The position numbers and the translations under genes were made by a program. Below, one piece after another: positions 50,049 through 58,910 of a DNA stretch of 64,000 nt; positions within the stretch are counted from its first letter, which is position 1, and each line of letters starts with the position of its first letter. The stretch lies in assembly GCA_015478665.1 (NCBI GenBank), contig JADMII010000004.1, positions 80,586-144,585 of the forward strand, in the 5' to 3' direction. Origin of the DNA: Dehalococcoidia bacterium (GTDB taxonomy: Bacteria; Chloroflexota; Dehalococcoidia; DSTF01; JACRBR01). The notes under the pieces are model-generated. The model saw only the letters and a list, made by a program, of their open reading frames with translations, had not been told where the DNA came from and made no database searches.

Positions 50049-51503
50049 TTACAGTCGTCGCCGCGGCAGCGTGTACTCGACCTCGTGCCGGTCGAGGGCG
50101 CCGGCGTCGGACTCCATCGCCAGCTTGTCCATCTGCAGCGGCACCGGGCCCGGGTACTCGCCCGTGAAGCAGGCGGTGCAGAGCCGGTCCTTCGTCGCGG
50201 TGACGGCGTTCATCAGCCCTTCCGCGCTCAGGTAGCCGAGCGTGTCGACGCCGATGTGCTCCTGGATCTCGGCGACGCTCTTCTGCGCCGCGATCAGCTC
50301 CCAGCGCGTGCCCATATCGATGCCGTAGAAGCACGGATGGGTGATCGGCGGGAAGGTGATCCGCATGTGCACTTCGCGCGCGCCGGCCTTCCGCAGCATC
50401 TGGATCACGCGCGCCGTCGTCGTGCCGCGGACGATGCTGTCATCGACGAGGACGACGCGCTTGTCCTGCAGCATCTCGCGCAGCGGGTTGAACTTCAGGT
50501 GGACGCCGATCTCGCGCAGCCGCTGATCCGGCTGGATGAACGTCCGCCCGACGTAGCGGTTCTTCACCAGCCCCTCGACGAACGGCAGACCGGACGCCTG
50601 CGAGTAGCCGATCGCCGCCGCTGTCGCCGAGTCCGGCACGCCGATGACGATGTCGCCGTCCGGCGCCGGGTGCTCCTTCGCCAGCTCGCGGCCGAGGTTC
50701 ATGCGCAGCGGGTACACGAGCTTGCCGTCGATCAGGCTGTCCGGCCGCGAGAAGTAGGTGTACTCGAAGACGCAGAACGCCTTCCGCTGCTCCTCGATCG
50801 GCTTCAGGCTCTGGAGGCCCTCGGCATCGATGTAGATCACCTCGCCCGGCTCGATCTCCCGGATGAAGGTGGCGCCGAGGTGGTCGAAGGCGCAGCTCTC
50901 GGAGGCTGCCACCCAGCCGGCATCGAGCTTTCCGAGGCACAGCGGCCGGTTGCCCATCGGGTCGCGCGCCATCATGATCGCGTCGGGCGTGATCACGGCC
51001 AGCGAGTAGGCGCCGTTGAGCTTGCGCATGACGTGCGCCCAGCGCTCCTTCCAGTCGAGGCCCGGCGCATGCGCGAGCAGCTGGGCGATGACTTCGGAGT
51101 CGCTGCCGGTGGTGAAGGACACGCCGGAACGTTCGAGCTCGTCGCGCACCTCGGCGGCGTTGACGATGTTGCCGTTGTGGCCGAGCGCCAGCTCGCCATT
51201 GGGGCCGCTGACGCGGTACGGCTGCGCGTTGCAGGCGTTGCTCGAGCCGGTGGTCGAGTAGCGCGTGTGGCCGATGGCGAATTTGCCGGGCAGGTAGCTC
51301 AGGTCGTCCTCATCGAACACCTGTGAGACGAGCCCCATCCCGGTTTTAAGATAGAGGGTGCGGGAGTTGGATGTGGCGATGCCGGCGCTCTCTTGCCCGC
51401 GGTGCTGCAGGGCGTAGAGGCCGAAGAACGTGATCCTCGCGACATCCTCGCCGGGCGCGTACACGCCGAAGACGCCGCAAGCCTCGCGCAAGCTTGGGAG
51501 CAC
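50049..51503 (-). CDS. purF: Amidophosphoribosyltransferase
   Basis: N-terminal CGVFG Ntn-amidotransferase motif and a PRT domain; GTG start. Confidence 0.9.
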   Translation of the reverse strand: MLPSLREACGVFGVYAPGEDVARITFFGLYALQHRGQESAGIATSNSRTLYLKTGMGLVSQVFDEDDLSYLPGKFAIGHTRYSTTGSSNACNAQPYRVSGPNGELALGHNGNIVNAAEVRDELERSGVSFTTGSDSEVIAQLLAHAPGLDWKERWAHVMRKLNGAYSLAVITPDAIMMARDPMGNRPLCLGKLDAGWVAASESCAFDHLGATFIREIEPGEVIYIDAEGLQSLKPIEEQRKAFCVFEYTYFSRPDSLIDGKLVYPLRMNLGRELAKEHPAPDGDIVIGVPDSATAAAIGYSQASGLPFVEGLVKNRYVGRTFIQPDQRLREIGVHLKFNPLREMLQDKRVVLVDDSIVRGTTTARVIQMLRKAGAREVHMRITFPPITHPCFYGIDMGTRWELIAAQKSVAEIQEHIGVDTLGYLSAEGLMNAVTATKDRLCTACFTGEYPGPVPLQMDKLAMESDAGALDRHEVEYTLPRRRL

Positions 51504-51750
51504 GCGTACCTCCTGCCCTAAGGACAGTGCTCCTCAGAAGGGCCCGCCACGCGAGACCCCTCTGGATCGGCAGTGTAGCAGGGCCCGGCGCGCGAGGGGA
51601 AGCGGCCGCTGTAGCGCGATGTCTCTGGACGAGATCAGCGGCGGTTCGGTGTTCATGTTGGATCTTGGAGGATTGTTCCGCGCAGGTTCGGGGCACGCGC
51701 ACGATACAATCCCGCGATGCGGTTCATCCGAAGCCCTCATCCCCGGCCCC

Positions 51751-51884
51751 GCTCCCACAGGCGAGAGGGGAGCAGGAGGAGCCTACGACCTCCCCCTCCT
51801 CTCTCCCCCCGCTCCCACAGGCGAGAGGGGAGCAGGCAGCCGGCGCTCACCCCGGCGCCGCTCCCACACGGCGAGAGGGGAAGC
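51751..51884 (+). repeat. Three tandem copies of a 26-nt hairpin-forming repeat GCTCCCACAGGCGAGAGGGGAGCAGG (third copy degenerate)
   Basis: Copies begin near 51751, 51811 and 51860; each has a 6-bp inverted repeat (GCTCCC...GGGAGC); spacers are 34 and 23 nt. Confidence 0.6.
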
Positions 51885-51971
51885 TTGCCAGAGGAGCTTG
51901 TGGCCCCACACGCGGCAACCGTGGACATCGCACGTCCGACGTGTCCGCATCCCCATGCGACGCGCCGCGCC

Positions 51972-52171
51972 ATCGCACACGCCGGCATGGCGCACGACAC
52001 GGCGATCGCATGAGGCGCCAATTCGCCGCAGGACGCGCGGCGATCGGCCGCCAGCATCCAGCATCCAGGGTCGCCCCCAACGCGCGCGAGGCGGCGGCGA
52101 TCGCACGTGCCCGCAGCAGGCGCGGCGCCCACCATCGCACACGCCCTCATGGCGCACGAGACGGCGGCGAA
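51972..52171 (+). repeat. Direct repeat pair (~40 nt) CCATCGCACACGCC..CATGGCGCACGA.ACGGCG, about 160 bp apart
   Basis: Copies at ~51972-52012 and ~52132-52171 with about 85% identity; intergenic, upstream of the GT4 gene. Confidence 0.5.
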
Positions 52172-52203
52172 GGCGCGCCGGGGCATCGGGCGGGCGCTGA
52201 TCG

Positions 52204-53475
52204 ATGAAGATCCTCCTCCTCCTGCACCAGGGGAACATGTACTCGGGCGGGCAGGGCGTGTACACGGCGCAGATCGCCCGCGAGCTGGCCGGGCTCGGGC
52301 ACGCTGTCCACTTGGTCGTCGGGCCGCCGTGGCCGCAGGTCGACGCTGCCGTCACGATGCACCGTCTGCCGTCGTACAGCGTGTACCGCTTGCTCGAGAC
52401 GCAGCGGACGTGGTTCTACGGGCGGCCGGCGCGCAGCTTCTTCGCGCCGCTCAACTTCTACGAGCTGGCGTCGAGCCGGTTCGGGCAGTTCTCCGTGATG
52501 TCGGCGTTCAGCTGGCGCGCCTACGCGAAGTGGCGTGAGCTGCAGCCGTTGCACCACTTCGATATCGTCCACGACGTGCAGGTGCTCGGCTACGGCTCGC
52601 TGATGATCCATGCAGCGGGCATGCCGATGGTCGCCAACATCCACCATCCGCTGTCGATCGACCGGATGAACCAGATCCAGCAGGCGCGCGGGACGCGGAT
52701 GAAGGCGCGGCGGGCGCTGTTCTATCCCTTCTTCATGCAGGAAGTGGTGGCGCGGCGGATGGACCGCATCATCACCGGCTCGCACAACTCGCGCGAGTCG
52801 GTCCAGCGGGCGTTCGCTCTGCGCGATGACCGGATCACCGCGATCCACGATGGCGTCGACACGCGCGTCTTCCGGCCGCTCGGGCTGGCGAAGCGGCCGC
52901 GCTCGCTGCTCTTCGTCGCCGGCAACAGCGACGACCGCAACAAGGGCGCGCGGTACCTGCTGGAGGCCGCCCGGCTGCTGCGCGACCGTGGCGTCGACTT
53001 TCACCTGACGCTGAAGGACCGCGCGGACGCGCAGATGGCGCCGGCGCTGATCCGCGAGCTCGGCATCGGCGAGCGTGTCACGCACCTGGGGCACGTCTCC
53101 GTCGACGAGCTGGTGCGCCTGTACAACGAGCACGAGCTGATGGTGTCTCCGTCGCTGTACGAGGGCTTCGGGCTGCCGGCGGCGGAGGCGATGGCGTGCG
53201 GCACGCCGGTCGTCGCGACGACGGCGGGCGCCTTCCCGGAGACGGTGGCTGCGGGCGAGACTGGCGTGCTGGTGCCGCCGGCGGACGCGCGCGCGCTGGC
53301 CGGAGCGATCGAAGGCCTGCTCGATGACCCGTCGCGGCGGGCGGCGATGGGCGCCGCGGGCGCCCGGCGGATGGCGTCGCTGTTCTCGTGGCGCGCCTGC
53401 GCGGAGAAGACGGTGGCGCTGTACGAAAAGGTGCTGCGCGAGCGTAGGGCGGCGCGACGAGGCGGATCGCGCTGA
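52204..53475 (+). CDS. Glycosyltransferase family 4
   Basis: GT-B fold with the C-terminal EGFGLPAAEAMACGTPVV motif. Confidence 0.85.
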   Translation: MKILLLLHQGNMYSGGQGVYTAQIARELAGLGHAVHLVVGPPWPQVDAAVTMHRLPSYSVYRLLETQRTWFYGRPARSFFAPLNFYELASSRFGQFSVMSAFSWRAYAKWRELQPLHHFDIVHDVQVLGYGSLMIHAAGMPMVANIHHPLSIDRMNQIQQARGTRMKARRALFYPFFMQEVVARRMDRIITGSHNSRESVQRAFALRDDRITAIHDGVDTRVFRPLGLAKRPRSLLFVAGNSDDRNKGARYLLEAARLLRDRGVDFHLTLKDRADAQMAPALIRELGIGERVTHLGHVSVDELVRLYNEHELMVSPSLYEGFGLPAAEAMACGTPVVATTAGAFPETVAAGETGVLVPPADARALAGAIEGLLDDPSRRAAMGAAGARRMASLFSWRACAEKTVALYEKVLRERRAARRGGSR

Positions 53476-53613
53476 TCGGGCGGCGATCCCTCACGCATAC
53501 GCTCATGGTCACGGGCTGCGAGACGTCGCTCCCGGCCTGTCGAGACGACGCGGCGCCGCCGCCGTTCCCGGGCGGCTCACCGGCGGTCGGTCAGCGGTAC
53601 GCCGCGCCGGGCG

Positions 53614-53823
53614 CTAGTCGTCGGCGGGCGGCTCGATCGGCGTCGTGACGAGCGCGCGGCCGATCCAGAACGAGATGTAGAGCGCGCCGAGGAAGCCGGC
53701 GGTGACCGGCAGCGCCAGCGCCAGGTACGACTTTCGCATGACGCCGATGAGGAAGGTGACGCCGGTGAGCGCGCTCAGCGCGCAGATGATCATGCCGTAG
53801 GTACGCGAGCGTTCCGCTCCCAT
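53614..53823 (-). CDS. Small two-TM membrane protein (69 aa)
   Basis: AGGAGA RBS 7 nt upstream; two hydrophobic helices. Confidence 0.5.
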   Translation of the reverse strand: MGAERSRTYGMIICALSALTGVTFLIGVMRKSYLALALPVTAGFLGALYISFWIGRALVTTPIEPPADD

Positions 53824-54057
53824 CGCAGGCTCTCCTTTGGATGCTGCTGGTGTACGCCCGCCGTTATATCAGGCGGGGTACCGGGCCGCCAGCGGCGCGG
53901 TGGCGAAGCGGACGCGGTCGGGGCGAAGGATCCGCGCCCAGGCCAACGCAACGGGAGGCAGCGGACGCAGCCCTCGCTGGGCGCCGGTGTCGAGACGAAG
54001 CGAGATCGAGGCGGAAGGACCCGGACATCGGCCCCACGAGGGTGATCAGCGCCGGGC

Positions 54058-54600
54058 TCATCCGCCGTCGTCGAGCCAGGAAGCGAGGCACTCCATGACG
54101 ACGAACGAGTTGCCGCCGCGCCGCGAGCGGCCGCAGACCTGGAACCCGGCCTTGGCGAACGAACGCTGCGCGCGCCCGTTCCAGTCCAGCGTCTTCAGGT
54201 ACACGCGCCGGAACCGGGTGACTTCGATGATCCGTCGCACGAGCGTCTGGACGGCATCGGTGCCGTAGCCTCGGCTCCAGTATTCGCGCTCGCCGATCGT
54301 GATGCCGATCTCCGCCTCCCGGCGGGCGGTATCGATGTTGTAGTACATGACGTTGCCGATGTGCCGTCCGTGCAGGTCCTCGACGGCGAGGCTGTGGCGG
54401 TAGGGGCTGGGGTACGCCAGCTCGTCGCGATAGAGCGCCAGGTAGTCGTGGTAGGTCGCCGCGAAGGGCCGCGCCGCGTCGTAGCGGGCGAGCTCGGCGT
54501 CGCTGCGCCAGCGGAAGTCGTCGCGCGCGTCGGCGAGGCGCTTCTCGCGCAGCACGACGAGCGCGCCGCGCGCCACTTCGCCGTGTACGGTCGTCGTCAC
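54058..54600 (-). CDS. GNAT-family N-acetyltransferase (RimJ/RimL-like)
   Basis: GTG start overlapping the NUDIX stop (GTGA); acetyl-CoA binding pattern RRGYGTDAV...AKAGF. Confidence 0.7.
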   Translation of the reverse strand: MTTTVHGEVARGALVVLREKRLADARDDFRWRSDAELARYDAARPFAATYHDYLALYRDELAYPSPYRHSLAVEDLHGRHIGNVMYYNIDTARREAEIGITIGEREYWSRGYGTDAVQTLVRRIIEVTRFRRVYLKTLDWNGRAQRSFAKAGFQVCGRSRRGGNSFVVMECLASWLDDGG

Positions 54601-55058
54601 GCCTGCGCCTCCGCCTCGATCTGCCGCTGCGCGCGCTCGAGCATGCGCGCTTCGTTGCCGTGGGTGACCAGCGCCAGCGCCTCGGCGATCGGCAGCCAGG
54701 CGACGCGGTCGTACTCGCCGTCGTGCAGTTCGATGGCGCCGCTGCCGTCCGGTCGCATGAGGAAGTGGTGCACGGTCTTGTCGAACCGTACCCCCTGCGC
54801 CGGGCGGTCGAACGTGTACTCGATGCTCCCCAGCGGCACCTCGATGGTGACGCCGAGTCCCGTCTCCTCGCGCACCTCGCGCAGCGCCGTCTGCGCCAGC
54901 GTCTCGCCGTACTCCGGTGTGCCCTTCGGCAGCGCCCAGAGGCCGTCGGCGGTGCGGCCGCAGAGCAGGACTTCGCTGCCGCGCGGGCCGCGTCGGTAGA
55001 CGACGCCGCCCGCGGAGACGGCTTGCTCCGGCCGCAACTCCGATGCGCTGGCGCTCAT
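54597..55058 (-). CDS. NUDIX hydrolase
   Basis: Nudix box GTPEYGETLAQTALREVREETG; 153 aa. Confidence 0.8.
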   Translation of the reverse strand: MSASASELRPEQAVSAGGVVYRRGPRGSEVLLCGRTADGLWALPKGTPEYGETLAQTALREVREETGLGVTIEVPLGSIEYTFDRPAQGVRFDKTVHHFLMRPDGSGAIELHDGEYDRVAWLPIAEALALVTHGNEARMLERAQRQIEAEAQA

Positions 55059-56116
55059 GCGTCATCCTCGTCGTCGTCGATCAGCAGGTCGAGCGGCGGC
55101 CGCAGGCCCAGCGGGTCCTCGGTGAAGTCGGCCTCGCTCAGCGCATCGCTCACCGCCTCGATCACCCGCTGGTCGCGGCTCTCTGCTGCGACGGCGTGCA
55201 GAACCGAGCGGGCTGCCGGGCCGCCGATCTGGCCGAGCGCGGCGATCGCCGCTTCCTGCACCTCGGCGTCGTCCTCGGCCGTGAGCGCGGAGAGGTCGGC
55301 GACGGCGTCCTCGTCGCCGATGGCGCCAGCGGCCATCGCCGCCTCGAAGCGCATCTCCGTGTCGTCGTTGTGCATCTCTTCGATGATCGTCGGCAGCCAG
55401 CCCGGGTCGGCGTTGCGGCCCATCGCATGCACGGCGCTGATGCTGAGCCGCCGATCGCCACTGGCGTACGCATCCTCGATGAGGTCGCGCACCCACTCCT
55501 TCGTCCGCACGCCGATCGCCTCGATGGCGCGGCCGCGCACCTCGACCAGCTCGCTTTCGTCGAGCGCTACGCGCCGGAGCGCCGTCTCCGCCGGCTCCGT
55601 CAGGCCGTCGTCGCGGCCTTCGAGCTCGGCGCGCAGCAGGAAGCGGCCCAGCCCGAGCGCCGCCTCGGCGCGGACGATCGCCTCGGGGTCGTCGAGCAGG
55701 CGGACGAGCACGCCGACGAGGTCGTCGCCCTCGTATTCCCAGAGCCCCTTCACGGACTCCGCGCGTACCTGCACGTCATCATCGACGAGGCCGATGAGGA
55801 AGACCTGGTCGAAGTCGAGCTCGACGTTGTCCTCGGTGAGGTCGGCGAGGCGGTCGATGATGTCGCGACGGCGCTGGACGCTCATCGTGCGCCAGGCGCC
55901 GAGGAAGCGTTCGCGCTCGACGCCGTGCAGGCGGCTCAGGCTGGTGAGGTCAGTCGCGTGGACGGCGGACGCTGGATCGTTGAGCTCCGTGAGCAGCGTA
56001 TCGAGGGACAAGGAGCGCTCCTGCCGTCGTGCGCTCGCGCGGCCCGCCTGGCGCGGCTCGGCCGTCGTGGCGTGGGACCGATCGGCCGCCGCATTCAGTC
56101 TATGGAGCACTCTCAC
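55055..56116 (-). CDS. HEAT/PBS-lyase repeat protein
   Basis: Several HEAT-like repeats (VRAEAALGLG, VRGRAIEAIG, EMRFEAAMAAGAIG, VQEAAIAALGQIG); acidic C-terminus; the start is uncertain (a GTG is listed, and an internal ATG lies at 55885). Confidence 0.6.
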   Translation of the reverse strand: MRVLHRLNAAADRSHATTAEPRQAGRASARRQERSLSLDTLLTELNDPASAVHATDLTSLSRLHGVERERFLGAWRTMSVQRRRDIIDRLADLTEDNVELDFDQVFLIGLVDDDVQVRAESVKGLWEYEGDDLVGVLVRLLDDPEAIVRAEAALGLGRFLLRAELEGRDDGLTEPAETALRRVALDESELVEVRGRAIEAIGVRTKEWVRDLIEDAYASGDRRLSISAVHAMGRNADPGWLPTIIEEMHNDDTEMRFEAAMAAGAIGDEDAVADLSALTAEDDAEVQEAAIAALGQIGGPAARSVLHAVAAESRDQRVIEAVSDALSEADFTEDPLGLRPPLDLLIDDDEDDA

Positions 56117-56277
56117 AGGGTGTCAACGGAACTGGGGGTAGGTTCGCCGACGGACAGGATCGCGTACGACGTCGCGTCGGCGAGGCTGGCAGGATCACGA
56201 GCGCGGGCGAAGACATCGGCCCGATGGCGATGACACCGAATGCTGGGCTGGACGCCGGCGATCGCCCTGCGCTTCCG

Positions 56278-57012
56278 CTACTCCGTCGAACGCTCGGGGA
56301 GCGCGGCGGCCGGCGCGGGCGAGCGGCGCCCAAAGCGGACGCGCAGGATCGCGCGGAGGACGCTCCAGCCGACGGCCGGCGACAGCTTCTTGCCGTCGTC
56401 GACGCCGCGCGGCTCGTACGACACCGGCACTTCGATGATCCGCTCGCCCTCCCGCAGCGCGCGGCAGGCGATCTCCGCATCGAGATCGAAGCCGTTGCAG
56501 CGGAGGTCGAGCGCGCGCGCGACGTCCGCGCGCATCACCTTGTAGCACGTGAGGATGTCCGTCAGGCGTGCGAAGAAGAGGATGTTCGCCGCCCAGGTCA
56601 GCGCCATGTTGCCGGCATAGCCGACGAGCGGCGTGCGGCCGCGCCCGCGCCCCTTGAAGCGCGACCCCAGCACGACGCGGGTGCGCCCTTCGATGATCGG
56701 CGCCAGCAGCAGCGGGATCTCGCCCGGGTCGAGCTCCAGGTCGGCGTCCTGCACGATGACGATGTCGCCCGTCGCCCGCGCGAAGCCGGTGCGGACGGCG
56801 CGGCCCTTGCCCCGCGCGGCGTCCTCCAGCACGAGCACGAGGTCGTCGGCCGGCGTTAGCGCCGCCAGCGCCTCCCGCGTGCCGTCGGTCGAGGCGCCGT
56901 CGACGACGATCAGCTCCTTCGCCATGCCGCAGTCGACCGCCCGCACCCGCGCGATCAGCGCACGCACCGTCTGGCGCTCGTTGCGGACGGGGATGACGAT
57001 CGAGAGCTTCAT
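56278..57012 (-). CDS. GT2 polyprenyl-phosphate sugar synthase-like glycosyltransferase (Ppm1/ArnC/DPM1-like)
   Basis: LSIVIPVRNE...VVDGASTDGT...VQDADLE motifs and a soluble 244-aa GT-A domain. Confidence 0.8.
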   Translation of the reverse strand: MKLSIVIPVRNERQTVRALIARVRAVDCGMAKELIVVDGASTDGTREALAALTPADDLVLVLEDAARGKGRAVRTGFARATGDIVIVQDADLELDPGEIPLLLAPIIEGRTRVVLGSRFKGRGRGRTPLVGYAGNMALTWAANILFFARLTDILTCYKVMRADVARALDLRCNGFDLDAEIACRALREGERIIEVPVSYEPRGVDDGKKLSPAVGWSVLRAILRVRFGRRSPAPAAALPERSTE

Positions 57013-57713
57013 GCGTCACGCTCGGCGAGGATGCGGCCGGCGTCCTCGAGATGCTCGATGCGGTCGATCGCCAGCCACTCGCCGTCGAAGGCGTACGACC
57101 CGACGGCGCCGTCCGCGGCGATGATCGCGTTCGCCAGATCGGGCATGTCGAACGCGCGCCCGGATGGCACGCGCGCCAGCGCCGCTGCGGAGAGCGCGTA
57201 CACGCCGGCGCTCACCGTATCCGTCTCCGTCGGCTTCTCGACGATGCCGGTGATGCGCCGGCCGTCCGTGCGGATGACGCCGTAAGGGTGCTGCAGCTCG
57301 AACTGCCGCGTCGCCACGGTCAGCTCGAAGCCGCCATCGGCGTGGAACGCGGCGAGCGCGCGCAGCTCGAGGTCCGTGAGGATGTCGCCGTTCATCGCGA
57401 GCAGCGGCTCATCGGCCGGAAGCCGGCACTGCGCGCGTACGAGCGCCAGCGGGCCGGCCGTGCCGAGCGGCTCCATCTCGCGCACGTAGTCGATGCGCAC
57501 ACCGAGCGCCGCGCCGTCACGGAAGTAGGTCTCGATCAGCTCGGCGCGGTAGCCGACGGCGACGATGATCTCGTCGAGCCCCTGCGCCTTCAGGCGGCGG
57601 ATGATCTCCTCGAGGATCGGCCGCTCGCCGACGGGCAGCAGCGGCTTCGGGATCGTGTAGGTGAGGGGGCGCAGCCGGACGCCGCGGCCGCCGGCGAGGA
57701 TCACGGTCTTCAT
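57009..57713 (-). CDS. Sugar-phosphate nucleotidyltransferase
   Basis: The N-terminal ILAGGRGVRLRPLT motif marks sugar-nucleotide pyrophosphorylases; ATGA overlaps on both sides. Confidence 0.8.
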   Translation of the reverse strand: MKTVILAGGRGVRLRPLTYTIPKPLLPVGERPILEEIIRRLKAQGLDEIIVAVGYRAELIETYFRDGAALGVRIDYVREMEPLGTAGPLALVRAQCRLPADEPLLAMNGDILTDLELRALAAFHADGGFELTVATRQFELQHPYGVIRTDGRRITGIVEKPTETDTVSAGVYALSAAALARVPSGRAFDMPDLANAIIAADGAVGSYAFDGEWLAIDRIEHLEDAGRILAERDA

Positions 57714-58702
57714 ACGGCGTACTCGCGCGGGCGGAACAGCTCCAGGTTGCTGCGGATCCAGTCCGTCGTCCGCCGCAGCCCCTCGTCGAGGGGCACCTGC
57801 GACCGCCACCCGGCAAGCCGCAGCGCCTTCGAGCTGTCGGCGTGCAGGCGGGATACTTCGCTCGCCGCCGGCCGCAGGCGCTGCTCGTCGCCTTCCACCT
57901 CCAGCTCGCGGCCGATGATGGCGCCGACCTTCGAGACGATCTCGCGGATGCTCACTTCGCTCCCCGAGCCGATATTCACCACCTCGCCGACCGCCGCGTC
58001 GGCAGCGGCGACGGAGACGAAGCCGCGCGCCGTATCCTCGACGAATGTGAAGTCGCGCGTCGTATCGAGCGTGCCCAGGCGGAGCGGGCCGCCGCGGAGC
58101 GCCTGCGCGATGATCGTCGGGATGACGGCGCGCGCGGACTGCCTGGGGCCGTAGGCATTGAACGGCCGCACGACGAGGATCGGCAGCCCGAACGAGCGCT
58201 GGAAGCTCAGGCCCAGCGCGTCGGCGGCGATCTTCGTCGCCGCGTACGGCGACTGCGCCTGCAGCGGGTGCTCCTCGTCCATCGGCACGCGCTGGGCCGA
58301 GCCGTAGACCTCGCTGGTCGACGTCAGCACGATGCGTTCGAGGCCGCCGAGCTCCTTCGCGGCCAGCAGGACGTTCGTCGTGCCGATGACGTTGGTATCG
58401 ATCACCTCCTGTGGGTGCTCGTAGGAGTACGGGATGCCGATGAGCGCGGCGAGGTGGAAGACAGCGTCGGCGCCGCGCATCACCTCGCGCACGGCGTCGA
58501 AGTCACGGACATCGCCGTGCGTGACCTCTGTGCGGGCGAGCGTCTCCGGCCCGAGCTGGTCGAGGCAGCCGCGCTGGCCGCGCGAAGTGTAGCGCAGCAT
58601 CGCCCGCACCTGCGCGCCTTCGGCCGTCAGCCGTTCGACGACGTGGCTGCCGATGAAGCCGCCGGCGCCCGTGACGACGACCGCCTTAGCGTCGAATGAC
58701 AC
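57710..58702 (-). CDS. NAD-dependent epimerase/dehydratase (extended SDR)
   Basis: VVTGAGGFIGSH Rossmann motif and the YAATK catalytic motif. Confidence 0.85.
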   Translation of the reverse strand: MSFDAKAVVVTGAGGFIGSHVVERLTAEGAQVRAMLRYTSRGQRGCLDQLGPETLARTEVTHGDVRDFDAVREVMRGADAVFHLAALIGIPYSYEHPQEVIDTNVIGTTNVLLAAKELGGLERIVLTSTSEVYGSAQRVPMDEEHPLQAQSPYAATKIAADALGLSFQRSFGLPILVVRPFNAYGPRQSARAVIPTIIAQALRGGPLRLGTLDTTRDFTFVEDTARGFVSVAAADAAVGEVVNIGSGSEVSIREIVSKVGAIIGRELEVEGDEQRLRPAASEVSRLHADSSKALRLAGWRSQVPLDEGLRRTTDWIRSNLELFRPREYAV

Positions 58703-58910
58703 GCATCCCCCTGCCGATCAGCCGCAGCACCAGGCCGCTGAGCGCGACCAGTGCCAGTATGGCGCAGACGAGAGCCCAGATGTACAGCGTGATCAGGAGT
58801 GAGAGCCGGAACGGCGCGCCCGTCGTCAGCACGACGAGCACCGCCAGCAGCGGCGACGCAACGAAGAGGCCGGCCGAAACGCGGAACCAGTGGCTTGCGA
58901 GCGGACTCAT
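58686..58910 (-). CDS. Small 2-TM membrane protein (74 aa), possibly a lipid-linked sugar flippase subunit or accessory protein
   Basis: Wedged between the epimerase and the first GT-C gene, with stop/start overlaps on both sides; hydrophobic. Confidence 0.4.
   Translation of the reverse strand: MSPLASHWFRVSAGLFVASPLLAVLVVLTTGAPFRLSLLITLYIWALVCAILALVALSGLVLRLIGRGMRVIRR

Noticed and set aside
51751-51884. Possible mini-CRISPR array (three ~26-nt repeats)
   Set aside because: Only three copies; the third is degenerate and carries an insertion; spacers are unequal (34 and 23 nt); the repeat is shorter than typical CRISPR repeats; no cas genes in the window
51717-52013. 98-aa ORF (MRFIRSPHPRPRSHRREGSR...) spanning the tandem repeats, and a 256-aa ORF 51430-52200 in another frame
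   Set aside because: The peptide repeats are simply the DNA repeats translated; basic low-complexity sequence; no RBS; the 256-aa ORF overlaps the purF start in antisense
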